Below are positions 1 through 9,439 of a stretch of 64,000 nt of DNA, one piece after another. A program made the position numbers and the translations under genes. This DNA is from a plasmid. The notes under the pieces are model-generated. The model was not told the origin of the DNA, did no database searches, and worked only from the letters and a program-made list of their open reading frames with translations. The stretch lies in the sequence record NZ_CP025192.1; one strand, given 5' to 3'. How positions within the stretch are numbered: position 1 is the first letter of the stretch; every line of letters starts with the position of its first letter.

Positions 1-179
1 AGGTCGATGGCGGCCGGGTAGAGGAAGGCCACGGCCGCCGTCGTGCTCAGCAGGAGGCCGGAGAACTGGCTGCCGAGCAGGTCCGCGAGCCGGACGGTGA
101 AGGGCCGCACGTCGCGGTACCCCATCCCGCCGCCGCGCTCGAATTGACTCTGCGGCCCGGAGATCTCGCGCTGGATCAT
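1..179 (-). CDS. Partial CDS (5' end only; gene runs off the window start) encoding the N-terminus of a membrane protein (MIQREISGPQSQFERGGGMGYRDV...FSGLLLSTTAAVAFLYPAAID). It lies downstream of dotM, where IncI/Dot systems carry the type IV coupling protein (DotL/TrbC).
   Basis: ATG at 179..177 with upstream GG-rich tract; hydrophobic TM segment; position after dotM-like gene. Family assignment is inference only. Confidence 0.3.
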   Translation of the reverse strand, partial: MIQREISGPQSQFERGGGMGYRDVRPFTVRLADLLGSQFSGLLLSTTAAVAFLYPAAID

Positions 180-189
180 GGCGTGGCGC

Positions 190-729
190 TCAGCGTTCCA
201 GCCCGAAGCCGTCGCGCGCCGGCCGCGCGGGGCCAGGGGCCGCAGCCGCCGGTACGGTGGGCGGCCGGGGCGTGGCGGCCTGGGGCAATGGCGCCGTGCC
301 CGGTGGCACGGAGGGTGGCAGCACGACCGGTCCCTGGCCGAGCTGCTGCCGCAGCTGCTGCATCGGCGACGGGCCGGGTACCGGCAGGTCGGCGCCGGGC
401 TGCGGACCACGCGGTGGGGGCGGCTGGGAGAGCGACGCCCGGGCTCCGGCGTCGGCGCTCGCCAGCCGCTCCGCCCTGCCGCTTTCCGCGTTGCCGCCGA
501 GGATCGCGCCGCCCGTGAAGGACAGGACCGTGCAGGCAACCAGGACGACCCAGTCGAAGCGGTTCCGCACGGCTCGCACGGTGGTCGCTTCCGACACCTT
601 TCCGGCTGCCCTTTCGGAATCGCCGAGGTGGAAGTGGACATGCACGGGCCGGCCCGCGTCCTGCTGCGGGACCGACGCGACGGTCCGGCCCAGGAAGTCG
701 GCGAGCGGGCTCTCGGGGTTGGGGTTCAC
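190..729 (-). CDS. Hypothetical membrane protein with a proline-rich C-terminal tail (179 aa).
   Basis: ORF track; GTG start overlapping the dotM stop (GTGA); one TM segment (FDWVVLVACTVLSFTGGAILG); the upstream box CCGTTCGCATCG lies about 40 nt upstream. Confidence 0.4.
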   Translation of the reverse strand: MNPNPESPLADFLGRTVASVPQQDAGRPVHVHFHLGDSERAAGKVSEATTVRAVRNRFDWVVLVACTVLSFTGGAILGGNAESGRAERLASADAGARASLSQPPPPRGPQPGADLPVPGPSPMQQLRQQLGQGPVVLPPSVPPGTAPLPQAATPRPPTVPAAAAPGPARPARDGFGLER

Positions 730-1907
730 GGCTGCGTCCTCGCTGTCTGCTCCTCGGCATGCTGGAGGAGCGCGATGCGAACGGCCCGCTCCGCCTCGTC
801 GAGCTGCGGTGGGAACAGGGGACAGCGAGCCTGGCGCTCGGCCTGCCAGTGCGAGCGCGAACCGACCGCCTCGACCCGTGGATTGGGCTGGCTGTTCTGC
901 CCGGGGCCGTGGCCGGGGAAGCCCAGCGAATGCAGGGCGTACCAGAGGGAGCGGTCGAGCAGCTTGAGGCCGTTGAACTGCGCCGGGGCGAGGATGCCGG
1001 ACTCCAGCCGCGCGGCGTTGAGCAGCCCCATCAGGGCGGTGGTCTCGTAGGCGTGGCGGGCAGCCGCCGCCTCGGCCGCCTCGTGCGCCGCTCCCTCGGC
1101 CAGCACGGCATCGGCCCGCAGCAGCACCGCCGGAGGGACCGGCAGGCTCTCCGCAGGGCCGGTGGGCGACGGATCACGGGCCTGCCCCAGCGCCTCGGCG
1201 AGATCGCCCAGCAGCTGCTGGCATTCCTCGCGCCGCCCGCTTAGGTGCAGCGCGAAGGCCGCGAAGATGACGCGCCCCGCCGGGGAGGCCCGGCGCGGGC
1301 CGCGCCAGACGGGGCCGAGCTGAAGGAGCAGCGCCTGCCGCAGCCTGGTCCCGTCCACCTCTCCCTTGGCATCGAGGCAGAAGCGGCCGGCCCATTCCTG
1401 GACGTGCAGGGCGGGATCGGCCGGCCGAGGCGCCTTGGGAGCCGGATCGACGAGCTTCAGGTGCCGGCCGAGCATGGCACTGGCCGCCCGGTAGAAGCGG
1501 GCCTGCTCGCGCAGCAGGCCGTCGAGGTCGAAGCGCCGCCGAAAGCGGCCCGGCGGCGCCCCGACGAAGCAGAGCACGGCCAGGGCGCCGATCAGCCCGG
1601 CCGCCGGCCACCGGAAGAAGCCGTTGACCTGCCCGCACATCGCCACCAGGCGCTCGAAGCTGACGGTCGCGTAGTTGCCGTGGATCACGCCCTGCCGCAG
1701 CGCCTCGTAGCCGTCGGTGAAACGGCCGATGAAGGTCATCTTGCGGATCTGCAGCCAGGCCACCGCCTCGACCACCTCGCGGTGGTAGCTCGACCACAGC
1801 ATCCAGCCGAGGAAGCCGCAGCCGATGACGATCACGATCAGGCTGAGGAAGACGTAGTCGTCGCTCGACGCCCAGCCGCGGCGGGCGCCACCTCCCGCCG
1901 TGCTCAT
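726..1907 (-). CDS. dotM: DotM/IcmP (TrbA-like) type IVB secretion inner-membrane component.
   Basis: 393 aa; N-terminal TM helices (DYVFLSLIVIVIGCGFLGWMLW, LIGALAVLCFVGA) followed by a large soluble domain; size and position within a Dot/Icm cluster; ATGA overlap with the upstream gene. Confidence 0.45.
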   Translation of the reverse strand: MSTAGGGARRGWASSDDYVFLSLIVIVIGCGFLGWMLWSSYHREVVEAVAWLQIRKMTFIGRFTDGYEALRQGVIHGNYATVSFERLVAMCGQVNGFFRWPAAGLIGALAVLCFVGAPPGRFRRRFDLDGLLREQARFYRAASAMLGRHLKLVDPAPKAPRPADPALHVQEWAGRFCLDAKGEVDGTRLRQALLLQLGPVWRGPRRASPAGRVIFAAFALHLSGRREECQQLLGDLAEALGQARDPSPTGPAESLPVPPAVLLRADAVLAEGAAHEAAEAAAARHAYETTALMGLLNAARLESGILAPAQFNGLKLLDRSLWYALHSLGFPGHGPGQNSQPNPRVEAVGSRSHWQAERQARCPLFPPQLDEAERAVRIALLQHAEEQTARTQP

Positions 1908-2356
1908 GCCGGGGCTCCGAAGAACACGATGTTGGCGTGGTGCCGTCTTGGCTCGATGCCTTGCCGCTCCGCCGGCTGGGTGCCGTCATAGCCTGGCAGC
2001 GCCGCGAGATAGAGGTTCAGCGGCCAGACGATGCCCTCGGGCATCGCCCGGGCATCGACCTCCATCACCTCGCCGCCGATCCGTCGCCGGAAGCGGCGCC
2101 GGGTGGCGAGGGCGGCGATCGAGGACAGCTCCATCGCGAAGCGCACCGCCGCGTTGTCGAGCGGCAGGCCGGTGTGGTCGCGCATCCAGACCAGCACCGG
2201 GGACAGCGCCCGGATCAGCCGGGCCGCCAGGCTGCGCCAGGGGCCGTGGCAAACCGCGCGGAAGCCCGTCATGCGGCGCAGCAACGCGAGGCTGACCGCC
2301 TCGGCGTCGCCGTCGCGCAGGGCATCGGGCGGGCGGTCGGGAAAGCAGGCGCTGGC
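1904..2356 (-). CDS. Hypothetical protein (150 aa).
   Basis: In-frame ATG at 2356 with a GGAGA ribosome-binding site; high GC3; conserved upstream box at about 2397-2408; stop overlaps the dotM start. Confidence 0.4.
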   Translation of the reverse strand, partial: ASACFPDRPPDALRDGDAEAVSLALLRRMTGFRAVCHGPWRSLAARLIRALSPVLVWMRDHTGLPLDNAAVRFAMELSSIAALATRRRFRRRIGGEVMEVDARAMPEGIVWPLNLYLAALPGYDGTQPAERQGIEPRRHHANIVFFGAPA

Positions 2357-2415
2357 CATGCGGGTCTCCGGTCTCATACGCGGAATCTGCCCTGGCTCCT
2401 TGCGAACGGCGCCGC

Positions 2416-2928
2416 TCAGGGTGTGCCCCTGGACCCCGTGCCGCTGGTCCGGTCGCGCAGCCGCAGGACCTGGGTCAGCACCTGGCGCAGATAGCGGTCC
2501 TTGTAGACCTCGGTGCGGGAGTGGTAGCGGCCGACACCCTCCCAGAAGTCGCCGCCGGCGCTGTCGAGGGCCGTGCGAAGGATCCAGGCGCCCGCCTCGA
2601 CATTGGCGCAGAAATTGTTGAGCAACGCCTCGCGCGCGGCGGCGACGCTGGTCCCCCAGCGCCGGGCGATGGCCGGCAGGTGGATCTCGTTGATCTGCAT
2701 CGGGCCGATATCGACCGTGCCGTTGGTGTTGCCGCTGGTCCGGCCGATCGAGCCGCCCTCGACCGCGAGCAGCACCGCGATCACGCCCGGTGGCACCCGG
2801 TGCAGCGCCGCCGCGGCGCGGATGCACTCGGTCACCGCCGTCACCGTGGCGTCGGAGACGTCGTCTGCCCTGGCTTGCCCCACCAGGAGGTAGGGGAGGA
2901 TGGCGGCAGCCAGCAGGGTGGCTCTCAT
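2416..2928 (-). CDS. Secreted lytic transglycosylase (SLT domain), a VirB1-like T4SS accessory enzyme.
   Basis: Signal peptide MRATLLAAAILPYLLVGQARA; SLT active-site region ...GPMQINEIHLP...; 170 aa. Confidence 0.7.
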   Translation of the reverse strand: MRATLLAAAILPYLLVGQARADDVSDATVTAVTECIRAAAALHRVPPGVIAVLLAVEGGSIGRTSGNTNGTVDIGPMQINEIHLPAIARRWGTSVAAAREALLNNFCANVEAGAWILRTALDSAGGDFWEGVGRYHSRTEVYKDRYLRQVLTQVLRLRDRTSGTGSRGTP

Positions 2929-3350
2929 GGGCTGGCTCCCGGGGCCGGGCGCCGGGGTGGGGAGGCCTCCGCGCGCAGCGTGCGCCAGACCTCGGCGAAG
3001 TCGTTGACGACCAGCGCGGTCGGGCCGCCGGTCCGGTGGATCGCCTCCAGCGCCGAGAGGGCGACCACCGTGAAGGGCTCGCCCCGCACCCCTGCCACCC
3101 GGTAGCCCAGCAGCGCGGCGGGATCGCGGTGCTGCTCGACGCCCAGCCCGCGCCCGGTGGCCGCCTGCCAGACGGCGCCGGCGGCGGCGAGGATGCTGGG
3201 CATCACCCCGTCCGGTGCGCCGGCCAGATCGGCGGGCAGGCGGTGCAGCCGGCCGGAACCCTCGTCGCGCAGCAGCAGGGGCCGGCCATCGCGCTCGACC
3301 ATCGCCTGCAGGGCGCGGCCGAGCCGGTCGAGATCCAGGGGCGGGCTCAT
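2925..3350 (-). CDS. Hypothetical protein (141 aa).
   Basis: ATG at 3350 preceded by GGAGGCTGGC; ATGA overlap with the icmT-like stop; start chosen over the longer 280-aa ORF because the N-terminal extension is Arg/Pro junk. Confidence 0.4.
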   Translation of the reverse strand: MSPPLDLDRLGRALQAMVERDGRPLLLRDEGSGRLHRLPADLAGAPDGVMPSILAAAGAVWQAATGRGLGVEQHRDPAALLGYRVAGVRGEPFTVVALSALEAIHRTGGPTALVVNDFAEVWRTLRAEASPPRRPAPGASP

Positions 3351-3595
3351 GCCAGCCTCCGGCGGCGCCAGGCGGGGACGGCGGGCCGCAGCCGGCCGAC
3401 CAGCCAGCGGCGCAGCACCCGCAGCAGCGCCGGCACCGTCAGCCCGAAGAAGCTGATCGTGCCGAAGAACACGGTGCCGGCGAGGGCGACGTAGAGGGTG
3501 GCCCAGCTCCAGTAGACCACGAAGCACAGCACCGGCAGGCAGGCGCGGGCGTCGAGCATGAGGATGCGCACGGGCAGGGCGGTGTTGCGCCACAT
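3347..3595 (-). CDS. icmT: IcmT/TraK-like small inner-membrane protein (82 aa).
   Basis: 82 aa, two hydrophobic segments (LPVLCFVVYWSWATLYVALAGTVFFGTISFFGLTV); TGATG coupling to the dotB stop; size matches IcmT (86 aa). Confidence 0.45.
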   Translation of the reverse strand: MWRNTALPVRILMLDARACLPVLCFVVYWSWATLYVALAGTVFFGTISFFGLTVPALLRVLRRWLVGRLRPAVPAWRRRRLA

Positions 3596-4779
3596 CAGCC
3601 GATCTCCTTGAGCGCGCGGGCCGCCACGGCCTCGGTGATCCGGCCCTGTTCCAGGGCCGAGCGGATCGAGGCGGTGAAGCTCTGACCCTGGGTGTCGACC
3701 GCCTCGCGGGTGATGACCGGCCAGGCGCCGGGATCGGCCCGCAGCAGCCGGGTCCGCAGCCCGGCATCGAAGGCGAGGAACTCGCGGATCGCGGTCCGGC
3801 GGCCGTCGGCCGAGGGCAGCAGGCGCTGGTTGACGACGAGGCGCAGCGACTGCGCGACCGAGGCCACGAGGTTGTCGCGCTCGTCGCGCGGGCACAGGGT
3901 GGTGATGCGCTGCATGGTCAGCGGCACGTCGTCGGCGTGGATGGTGGTGGTCAGCGCGTGGCCGGAGATGGCGGCGTGGATCGAGGCGGCCATGGTGGCG
4001 CTGTCGCGGCACTCGCCGACGATGATGTCGGTGGGCTCGCGGCGCATGCAGCCGCGGATGAAGGCCTCGAAGCTGGGCAGGTCGCGCGGCACCTCGGTCT
4101 GGGCCATGGTGGAGCTGGCGGTCGGGAAGCGGTCGAGCAGGAACTCGACCGGCGCCGCCGCCTCCTGGATGTTGTAGTGCCCCTCCGGGTCGGCCAGCTT
4201 GGCCACCGTCATGCCGGCGATCAGGGTGGACTTCCCCGAGCCGGTGCCGCCCGAGACGATCACCATGCCGCGCTCGGGAAAGCAGGCGGCGAGGATGCCG
4301 GGCTCGACCAGCTGCTGGGCCAGCGAGGGCGGCAGGTCGGGGATCGGGCGCAGCACGATGTTGGCGCCCTCGCGCCGCGCCGCGCGGATCGGGGTGGCGT
4401 TGAGCCGGAAGCGCAGCCGGCGCGAGCGGGACAGGCCCACCTCGTAGCTGACGTCGAAGTCGGAGCCGCCCTGCAGGCGGGCGGTGCCGTCGGCGCCGTA
4501 GAGGTGGTTGGTGATGTCGCCGAGCTCGACCTCGCTCAGCATGCCGCGCGTGGCGCGGCGGTTGCGGCCGTGGATGCGGACCCAGACCGGGTGGCCGGTC
4601 TGGAAGGCGATGCGCGAGGCGCCGTGCTCGTAGGCCCAGACCAGTAGCGCATCCAGCCCCGGCGCCTGCTTGCGTGGCTCCGTCACCCAGCGCTGGCCTT
4701 CGCCGGGCCAGGGATCCGGGTCGCGCGCCGGGGCGGTCGCCTCGCCGACTTCGGCTGGCAGCGGCAGGACGAGGTTCAT
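3595..4779 (-). CDS. dotB: DotB, the PilT/VirB11-family secretion ATPase of type IVB systems.
   Basis: Walker A GGTGSGKST, plus VirB11/PilT-like motifs (DIIVGECRD, His box HALTTTIHADD); start refined to ATG 4779 (MNLVLPLP...), which overlaps the dotC stop as ATGA. Confidence 0.8.
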   Translation of the reverse strand: MNLVLPLPAEVGEATAPARDPDPWPGEGQRWVTEPRKQAPGLDALLVWAYEHGASRIAFQTGHPVWVRIHGRNRRATRGMLSEVELGDITNHLYGADGTARLQGGSDFDVSYEVGLSRSRRLRFRLNATPIRAARREGANIVLRPIPDLPPSLAQQLVEPGILAACFPERGMVIVSGGTGSGKSTLIAGMTVAKLADPEGHYNIQEAAAPVEFLLDRFPTASSTMAQTEVPRDLPSFEAFIRGCMRREPTDIIVGECRDSATMAASIHAAISGHALTTTIHADDVPLTMQRITTLCPRDERDNLVASVAQSLRLVVNQRLLPSADGRRTAIREFLAFDAGLRTRLLRADPGAWPVITREAVDTQGQSFTASIRSALEQGRITEAVAARALKEIG

Positions 4780-5741
4780 CGGCAGCCTGCCCCAGGCTGC
4801 CAGCGCCGGATATTCGCCTGCAGACCGGGCTGCTCGGTGATGCGCACCACCCGGTCGCCGATGTTCAGCCGCGACCGGCCGCCCTCGGTGTTGCGGGTCT
4901 CGAAGGCGACCCGCGGCTCCTCCACCAGCCCGGCGCGCAGCAGCACCCGGTAGCGGGCCATGCCGACGATGTCGCGCTGCAACCGGCCGAGATCGGAGAG
5001 GAAGATCGTCACCGCCTGCTTCTCGCCCTGGGCCCAACCCTCGGCGACGCCACGGTTCCAGTAGGCCACCTCCTGGCGGGTGCGCGGCAGTGCCGCGTCG
5101 GCCGGGCGGGCCGGGCTGCCCCAGGCACGGACCAGGTAGGAGCGCCAGTCCGGCGGCGCGGAGGTCAGCTGTGCCTCGCGGGTGATCTCGAAGATGCAGG
5201 AGGTCTCGCGCGCCACCTGGCCGTTCTCGCCCAGCGCGAAGGCCATCTGCGCCTCGGAGACGATGGGCGGGCGCATCAGCGTCTGGCCGCCGCCCACCGG
5301 CAGCACCAGGGGGCGGAAGTCGTAGGTGGCGGTGAGCTGGGCCTCGTAGCGGCGCAGCATCTCGTTGATGGCGAAAGAGCGGGCGGCGAGGCCGCCCTGG
5401 GCGCCATAGGTCATGGCGGCCTGCCGGAGCACCTCGGCGCGGCCGGTCTCCAGCCCGTCGCCGGGCAGGTCGCCCGGGCGGGCGGCCTGCAGCGCCTCCA
5501 GCGAGGGCGGGGCGTCGCCACCCTCCACCACCGGCATGTTGCCGGCGCCGGTGATCGGCTGGTTCAGCTGGCTGGCGAGCGACCGGGCGGCGGCGTCGTA
5601 CTGCGCCTCGTTGGGCATGGGCGGGCTGGGGAGGAGGCGCACCGAACCCTCGGCACGCACGCCAGGGGCGAAGGCCAGGGCGAGGAGGGCGGTCGCGGCG
5701 AGCAGCGCCGGGCGCCGCGGGGCGGGGCGGGGCTCAGACAC
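4776..5741 (-). CDS. dotC: DotC-like secretion-system lipoprotein/periplasmic protein.
   Basis: GTG start at 5741 (verified on the DNA) lies 7 nt after the dotD stop; signal peptide ...LLAATALLALAFAPGVRA; dotD-dotC-dotB order as in Legionella region I. Confidence 0.55.
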   Translation of the reverse strand: MSEPRPAPRRPALLAATALLALAFAPGVRAEGSVRLLPSPPMPNEAQYDAAARSLASQLNQPITGAGNMPVVEGGDAPPSLEALQAARPGDLPGDGLETGRAEVLRQAAMTYGAQGGLAARSFAINEMLRRYEAQLTATYDFRPLVLPVGGGQTLMRPPIVSEAQMAFALGENGQVARETSCIFEITREAQLTSAPPDWRSYLVRAWGSPARPADAALPRTRQEVAYWNRGVAEGWAQGEKQAVTIFLSDLGRLQRDIVGMARYRVLLRAGLVEEPRVAFETRNTEGGRSRLNIGDRVVRITEQPGLQANIRRWQPGAGCR

Positions 5742-6216
5742 GATGCACCACCTGGACCGTGCGGGAGGCCGGATCGAGCTGCACCGTGGCATAGGCCCCG
5801 GCCTGCTCGCCGAGGGCGGCGAAGGCGTCCACGACCGTGGTGGCGGGCAGGTTGAGCGAGACCGGCACGGGCTGCGGCCGCTCGACTCCCTCGACGCTCG
5901 ACACCACCACCCGGTAGCCCACGACATCGGCGAGCTTGCGCACGCCATCGGCCAGCGGGCCGTTCCAGGCGAAGGCGATGGGACGCTGCAGCTCCTCCGG
6001 CACCACGCGGCCGCGACGGGCGGTGAGGTCCACCCGGCTGACGCCGCCGAGCTGCGAGAGCTGCTGCCCCACCTGCTCCATCGACTGGCGGAGCGCGATC
6101 TCCGGGTTGGGCATGCCGGGGGTTGCGATCTCGGCCGTGGGGCCGCCCGTGGCGCAGCCCGCGAGGCCGACCAACCCCATCAAGGCCAGCATCAGCCGGC
6201 TGTTCATCCTCGCCAT
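5734..6216 (-). CDS. dotD: DotD-like outer-membrane lipoprotein (160 aa).
   Basis: Lipobox LVGLAGC after a basic N-terminus; 160 aa, matching DotD size; directly upstream of dotC. Confidence 0.6.
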   Translation of the reverse strand: MARMNSRLMLALMGLVGLAGCATGGPTAEIATPGMPNPEIALRQSMEQVGQQLSQLGGVSRVDLTARRGRVVPEELQRPIAFAWNGPLADGVRKLADVVGYRVVVSSVEGVERPQPVPVSLNLPATTVVDAFAALGEQAGAYATVQLDPASRTVQVVHRV

Positions 6217-6338
6217 GCGGGACCTCCGTTCCTATGCGTGAAGCATGGAGCGGAGCGATGCGAACGGGAGGCCTCCCTTTGCAGCTGCGGGCTCGTTCGC
6301 CGACCTGTCAGGCTGACGAGGACGGGGCTACGAATCCT

Positions 6339-6355
6339 GTGTTCGCATCGAACAC
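6339..6355. promoter_or_regulatory. Perfect palindrome GTGTTCG-CAT-CGAACAC between icmB and dotD; a full-site version of the recurring upstream box.
   Basis: Seen directly in the sequence; shares GTTCGCATCG with the box. Confidence 0.4.
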
Positions 6356-6373
6356 GGCCCCTATGCGACGCGA

Positions 6374-9300
6374 CTATTCGGCCGCCAGCTTCTGGGAAGG
6401 CTGGCCATGATCGGGCGCCACGTCCCGCAGGACGATGCCGAGGCCTTTGCCGTCGATCAGCTCGGCGGCGATCTCGTCCACCACGCCGGCTTCGGCGCGC
6501 GTGTCCAGCTCGCCGAGCTTGAGCCGCTCGTTCTTGCGCCGCTCGATCTCCTTCACCGCCGAGCCGCGCTTGAACACCTTCGCCAACCGCCGCAGCGCCT
6601 CCGAGAAGCCCAGGGCCGCATAGAGGCGGTTGCGCAGGCTGGTGTCGCCCGGCGTGGTGCTCAGCGCCCACAGCTCGACCGGGCCCAGCGAGTTGATGAG
6701 CATCTGCTCGTACTTGGCACCGCCGGCGGTCAGCACCGCGAGGAAGGGAGCCCCGTTCGGTCCCGGGCCGTTGAGCGCATAGCGCACGACATCCGCACTC
6801 GCGGCCGACAGGTCGAAGCGCGTGATGATCTCTTCGCGCTCCTTCTCGTCGCCGGTCCGCAGGATGAAGCGCCCGGTGCTCTGGGCGACGATGGCCTCGC
6901 CCATGTCCTCCAGCCGCTGCGACGAGAAGCCGAGCTGGATGTTGTGCTTGCGGCCCTCGCGCACGTCGAGCTCGGCCTGGGCGCGGACCAGCGGGCTGCC
7001 CCTGGTGCGGTGCCACTCGTCGTAGTCGAGGCGCTTGACCGCCTCCATCACCTCCTGGAACCGCTCGCGGTGGTAGTCGCGCACCGGCTCGGGGACGAAC
7101 TGCGCGTAGTCCGGGTGCAGGAAGAAGTTCCGCGCCAGCAGATGCCGCGCCAGCATGTACATCAGCTCGGTCTGCCGGTTCGCCGCCGCCGAGCCGGCCG
7201 GAGCCACCGCGGCGAGGTCGAGCACGATGATGCGGGCCGGGCCGAAATCCAGGCGGGTTGGCCGGCTCAACGAGGGAAAGCGCCGGATCAGATCGTAGAC
7301 GTAGCGCTCGAACAGGGTGCAGGCGGACTCGCTGGTCTCGGCGATATGCAGGTCCTTGAAGGCGTCGCGGATCTGGTCCGAGCGGGCGGCGGCGATCAGG
7401 TCCTGCAGCACCGGCACGGCATGGCGCTGCGCTACCTCGGCCAGCCGCATCTCGCCGGCGCCGATCAGCGCATCCACGGCGTCGCGCCACCAGGGGGTAT
7501 CGCCGGGCAGGACGAGCCCGTGGCGGCGCAGCGCGGCATCCACCTCCGGCTCCACGCCGGCCCGGTAGGGCTTCGGCGAGCCGCCGGTGACGTCGGTGCA
7601 GAGCCGGTAGGCCTCGTCGATCACGGCGCCGATCAGCTGCGCCATGCCCTCGAAGGGAGTGGAGGTATCCGGGGGCGTGGTGGCCAGCGCCAGGAAGTTC
7701 TGCAGGAAGGACCGCTCCAGTGGCAGCGGGTAGTGGCAGCCGACCTGCAGGTCGAAGATATTGACCTCGTAGCCCGGCCCGAACTGCATGGTGACGAAGA
7801 TCGCCTCGTGCTCGCGCGCGGGGCCGAGCGCCTCGCGCACCAGCCGCACGAAGCCCTGCGCCGAAGGGCCGATATCGGCCTTGCCGATCAGCGGCAGCCT
7901 GGCGCCCTTGACCCCGAGCACGGCGGGGCTGAGCACCAGGCCGAGGTTGATGCAGTTGGCCAGCACCGACTTGCCGGAACCGGGCGGCGCCACGAAGACG
8001 TCGCAGACGAGCGGGCGCTTGTCGCCGCCGGAGGGGTCGTAGGGCCAGATGGCGCCGTCGGGCCGGCGGAACAGCACCGAGCCCTGCTCCCAGGGCGAGG
8101 CGGTGCGGTTCCAGGGCAGCATGGCGAAGGCGTCGCCCAGCAGGGCGATCTGCGGCGTGCCGGTCGAGGTGAGCGACAGGCCGGGGACGCTGGACAGCGC
8201 CCCCTCCAGCGGATCGCCGGCGATCGGGGTGGTCTTGCAGTTGCCCCAGCCCTCGATGCGCTGCGCCAGGGTCGAGGCGCGACGGCGCAGCAGCCGCATC
8301 TCGCCGGCCGGGGCCCAGGTCGCGAAGGAGGCGCGCAGCCGCACGCCGATGTGGTTGTCCTCGTTGCGGGCCTGCCGCAGGGCGTCGAAGGCGCGCCGGA
8401 TATCGGCGTTGCCGGGGAACATCGAGAAGAAGGTCGCGGCGACCTCCTTGATCTGCATGGCGTTGCGGCCGCCGCCCTCGATCACCACGGCGCTGCGCCA
8501 GGGGATGCGGTCCTGGCCCAGCCGGGCGGAAAGCTCGACGAAGGGACGCGGATCCTCGGGCCCCACCGCCATGTCCACCGGGGCATAGTCGTGATCGCCG
8601 ATGCGGACGCGCTGGCCCCCCAGCGTCTCGGCATCGGCATGGAACATCTGCTCGGCCACGGCCGGCCACAGCATGCCGGCGGTGGGGCTCTCGCCGCCAT
8701 CGGGATCCTCGGTCGCCCGCGGCATCACCCGGTCGCCCGGCAACGTCGCCTTCCAGTCGGAGCCGGCGGTTTCGCGGTAGACGGATTCGCGGATCACCCT
8801 GAGCGCCTCGTGGGCATCCAGTTCGCGGGTGGCGACGTCGTTGTTGCCGAGCGACGCGACGACCCGCGAGACGAAGGCCGTGTGCCGCGCCGCCATCACC
8901 TCGGAGCGCAGGTAGTAGCGCTGGCTGTTGCCGGCGCGCGGCCCCTCGCGCGAGAGGACCTTCTGCTCCTCGGCCATCTGCCGGCGCTCCTCCTTGGTCA
9001 GGACAGCGCGGCGGGTCCAGAGCACGTAGTAGGCGGCCTCCCAGCGCATGATCCGGGGCCACAGCGCCGCGCGTTCCTCGAGCACGTCCGAGACGTTGAG
9101 ACCGAGTTCCCGTGCGATGGTGCGGCAGGAGGCGAGGTTCAGCCGCTCGATCTCGACCCCGGCCATGTCCGGGTCGGAGACGTACCAGCCGACAATGGCG
9201 TGGCCACGGTCCTCCAGCGCGCCCGCCAGGTCGATGCGCTGTGCCGTGGCGATGCGCTCGACGTCGTCGCGCTTGGCCATCCGCCGCATGCCCTCGATAC

Positions 9301-9439
9301 GGACCACGCTGAGGTAGTCGCATTGGCGCGTCACCAGGGCGTCGCCATGGGCGGTCTCGATCTCGCAGAAGGCCGGCAGCGGCTGGCGGAGAACCAGCGA
9401 CAGGCCGGCGAGGCCACGGGTGATGGCGGTGGCGATCAT
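6374..9439 (-). CDS. icmB: DotO/IcmB (TraU-like) VirB4-family T4SS ATPase, about 1022 aa.
   Basis: Walker A FVAPPGSGKSVLAN; length typical of IcmB/DotO (about 1000 aa); start refined to MIATAITRG... (codon 170 of the 1190-aa ORF), overlapping the icmJ stop. Confidence 0.75.
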   Translation of the reverse strand: MIATAITRGLAGLSLVLRQPLPAFCEIETAHGDALVTRQCDYLSVVRIEGMRRMAKRDDVERIATAQRIDLAGALEDRGHAIVGWYVSDPDMAGVEIERLNLASCRTIARELGLNVSDVLEERAALWPRIMRWEAAYYVLWTRRAVLTKEERRQMAEEQKVLSREGPRAGNSQRYYLRSEVMAARHTAFVSRVVASLGNNDVATRELDAHEALRVIRESVYRETAGSDWKATLPGDRVMPRATEDPDGGESPTAGMLWPAVAEQMFHADAETLGGQRVRIGDHDYAPVDMAVGPEDPRPFVELSARLGQDRIPWRSAVVIEGGGRNAMQIKEVAATFFSMFPGNADIRRAFDALRQARNEDNHIGVRLRASFATWAPAGEMRLLRRRASTLAQRIEGWGNCKTTPIAGDPLEGALSSVPGLSLTSTGTPQIALLGDAFAMLPWNRTASPWEQGSVLFRRPDGAIWPYDPSGGDKRPLVCDVFVAPPGSGKSVLANCINLGLVLSPAVLGVKGARLPLIGKADIGPSAQGFVRLVREALGPAREHEAIFVTMQFGPGYEVNIFDLQVGCHYPLPLERSFLQNFLALATTPPDTSTPFEGMAQLIGAVIDEAYRLCTDVTGGSPKPYRAGVEPEVDAALRRHGLVLPGDTPWWRDAVDALIGAGEMRLAEVAQRHAVPVLQDLIAAARSDQIRDAFKDLHIAETSESACTLFERYVYDLIRRFPSLSRPTRLDFGPARIIVLDLAAVAPAGSAAANRQTELMYMLARHLLARNFFLHPDYAQFVPEPVRDYHRERFQEVMEAVKRLDYDEWHRTRGSPLVRAQAELDVREGRKHNIQLGFSSQRLEDMGEAIVAQSTGRFILRTGDEKEREEIITRFDLSAASADVVRYALNGPGPNGAPFLAVLTAGGAKYEQMLINSLGPVELWALSTTPGDTSLRNRLYAALGFSEALRRLAKVFKRGSAVKEIERRKNERLKLGELDTRAEAGVVDEIAAELIDGKGLGIVLRDVAPDHGQPSQKLAAE

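Noticed and set aside
3595-5037. The full 480-aa dotB ORF, 1190-aa icmB ORF, 1004-aa dotF ORF and 648-aa dotG ORF taken as annotated lengths.
   Set aside because: Their N-terminal extensions are Arg/Pro-rich, overlap upstream genes by hundreds of nt, and internal starts give ATGA/TGATG coupling with the upstream stop. The shorter starts were used.
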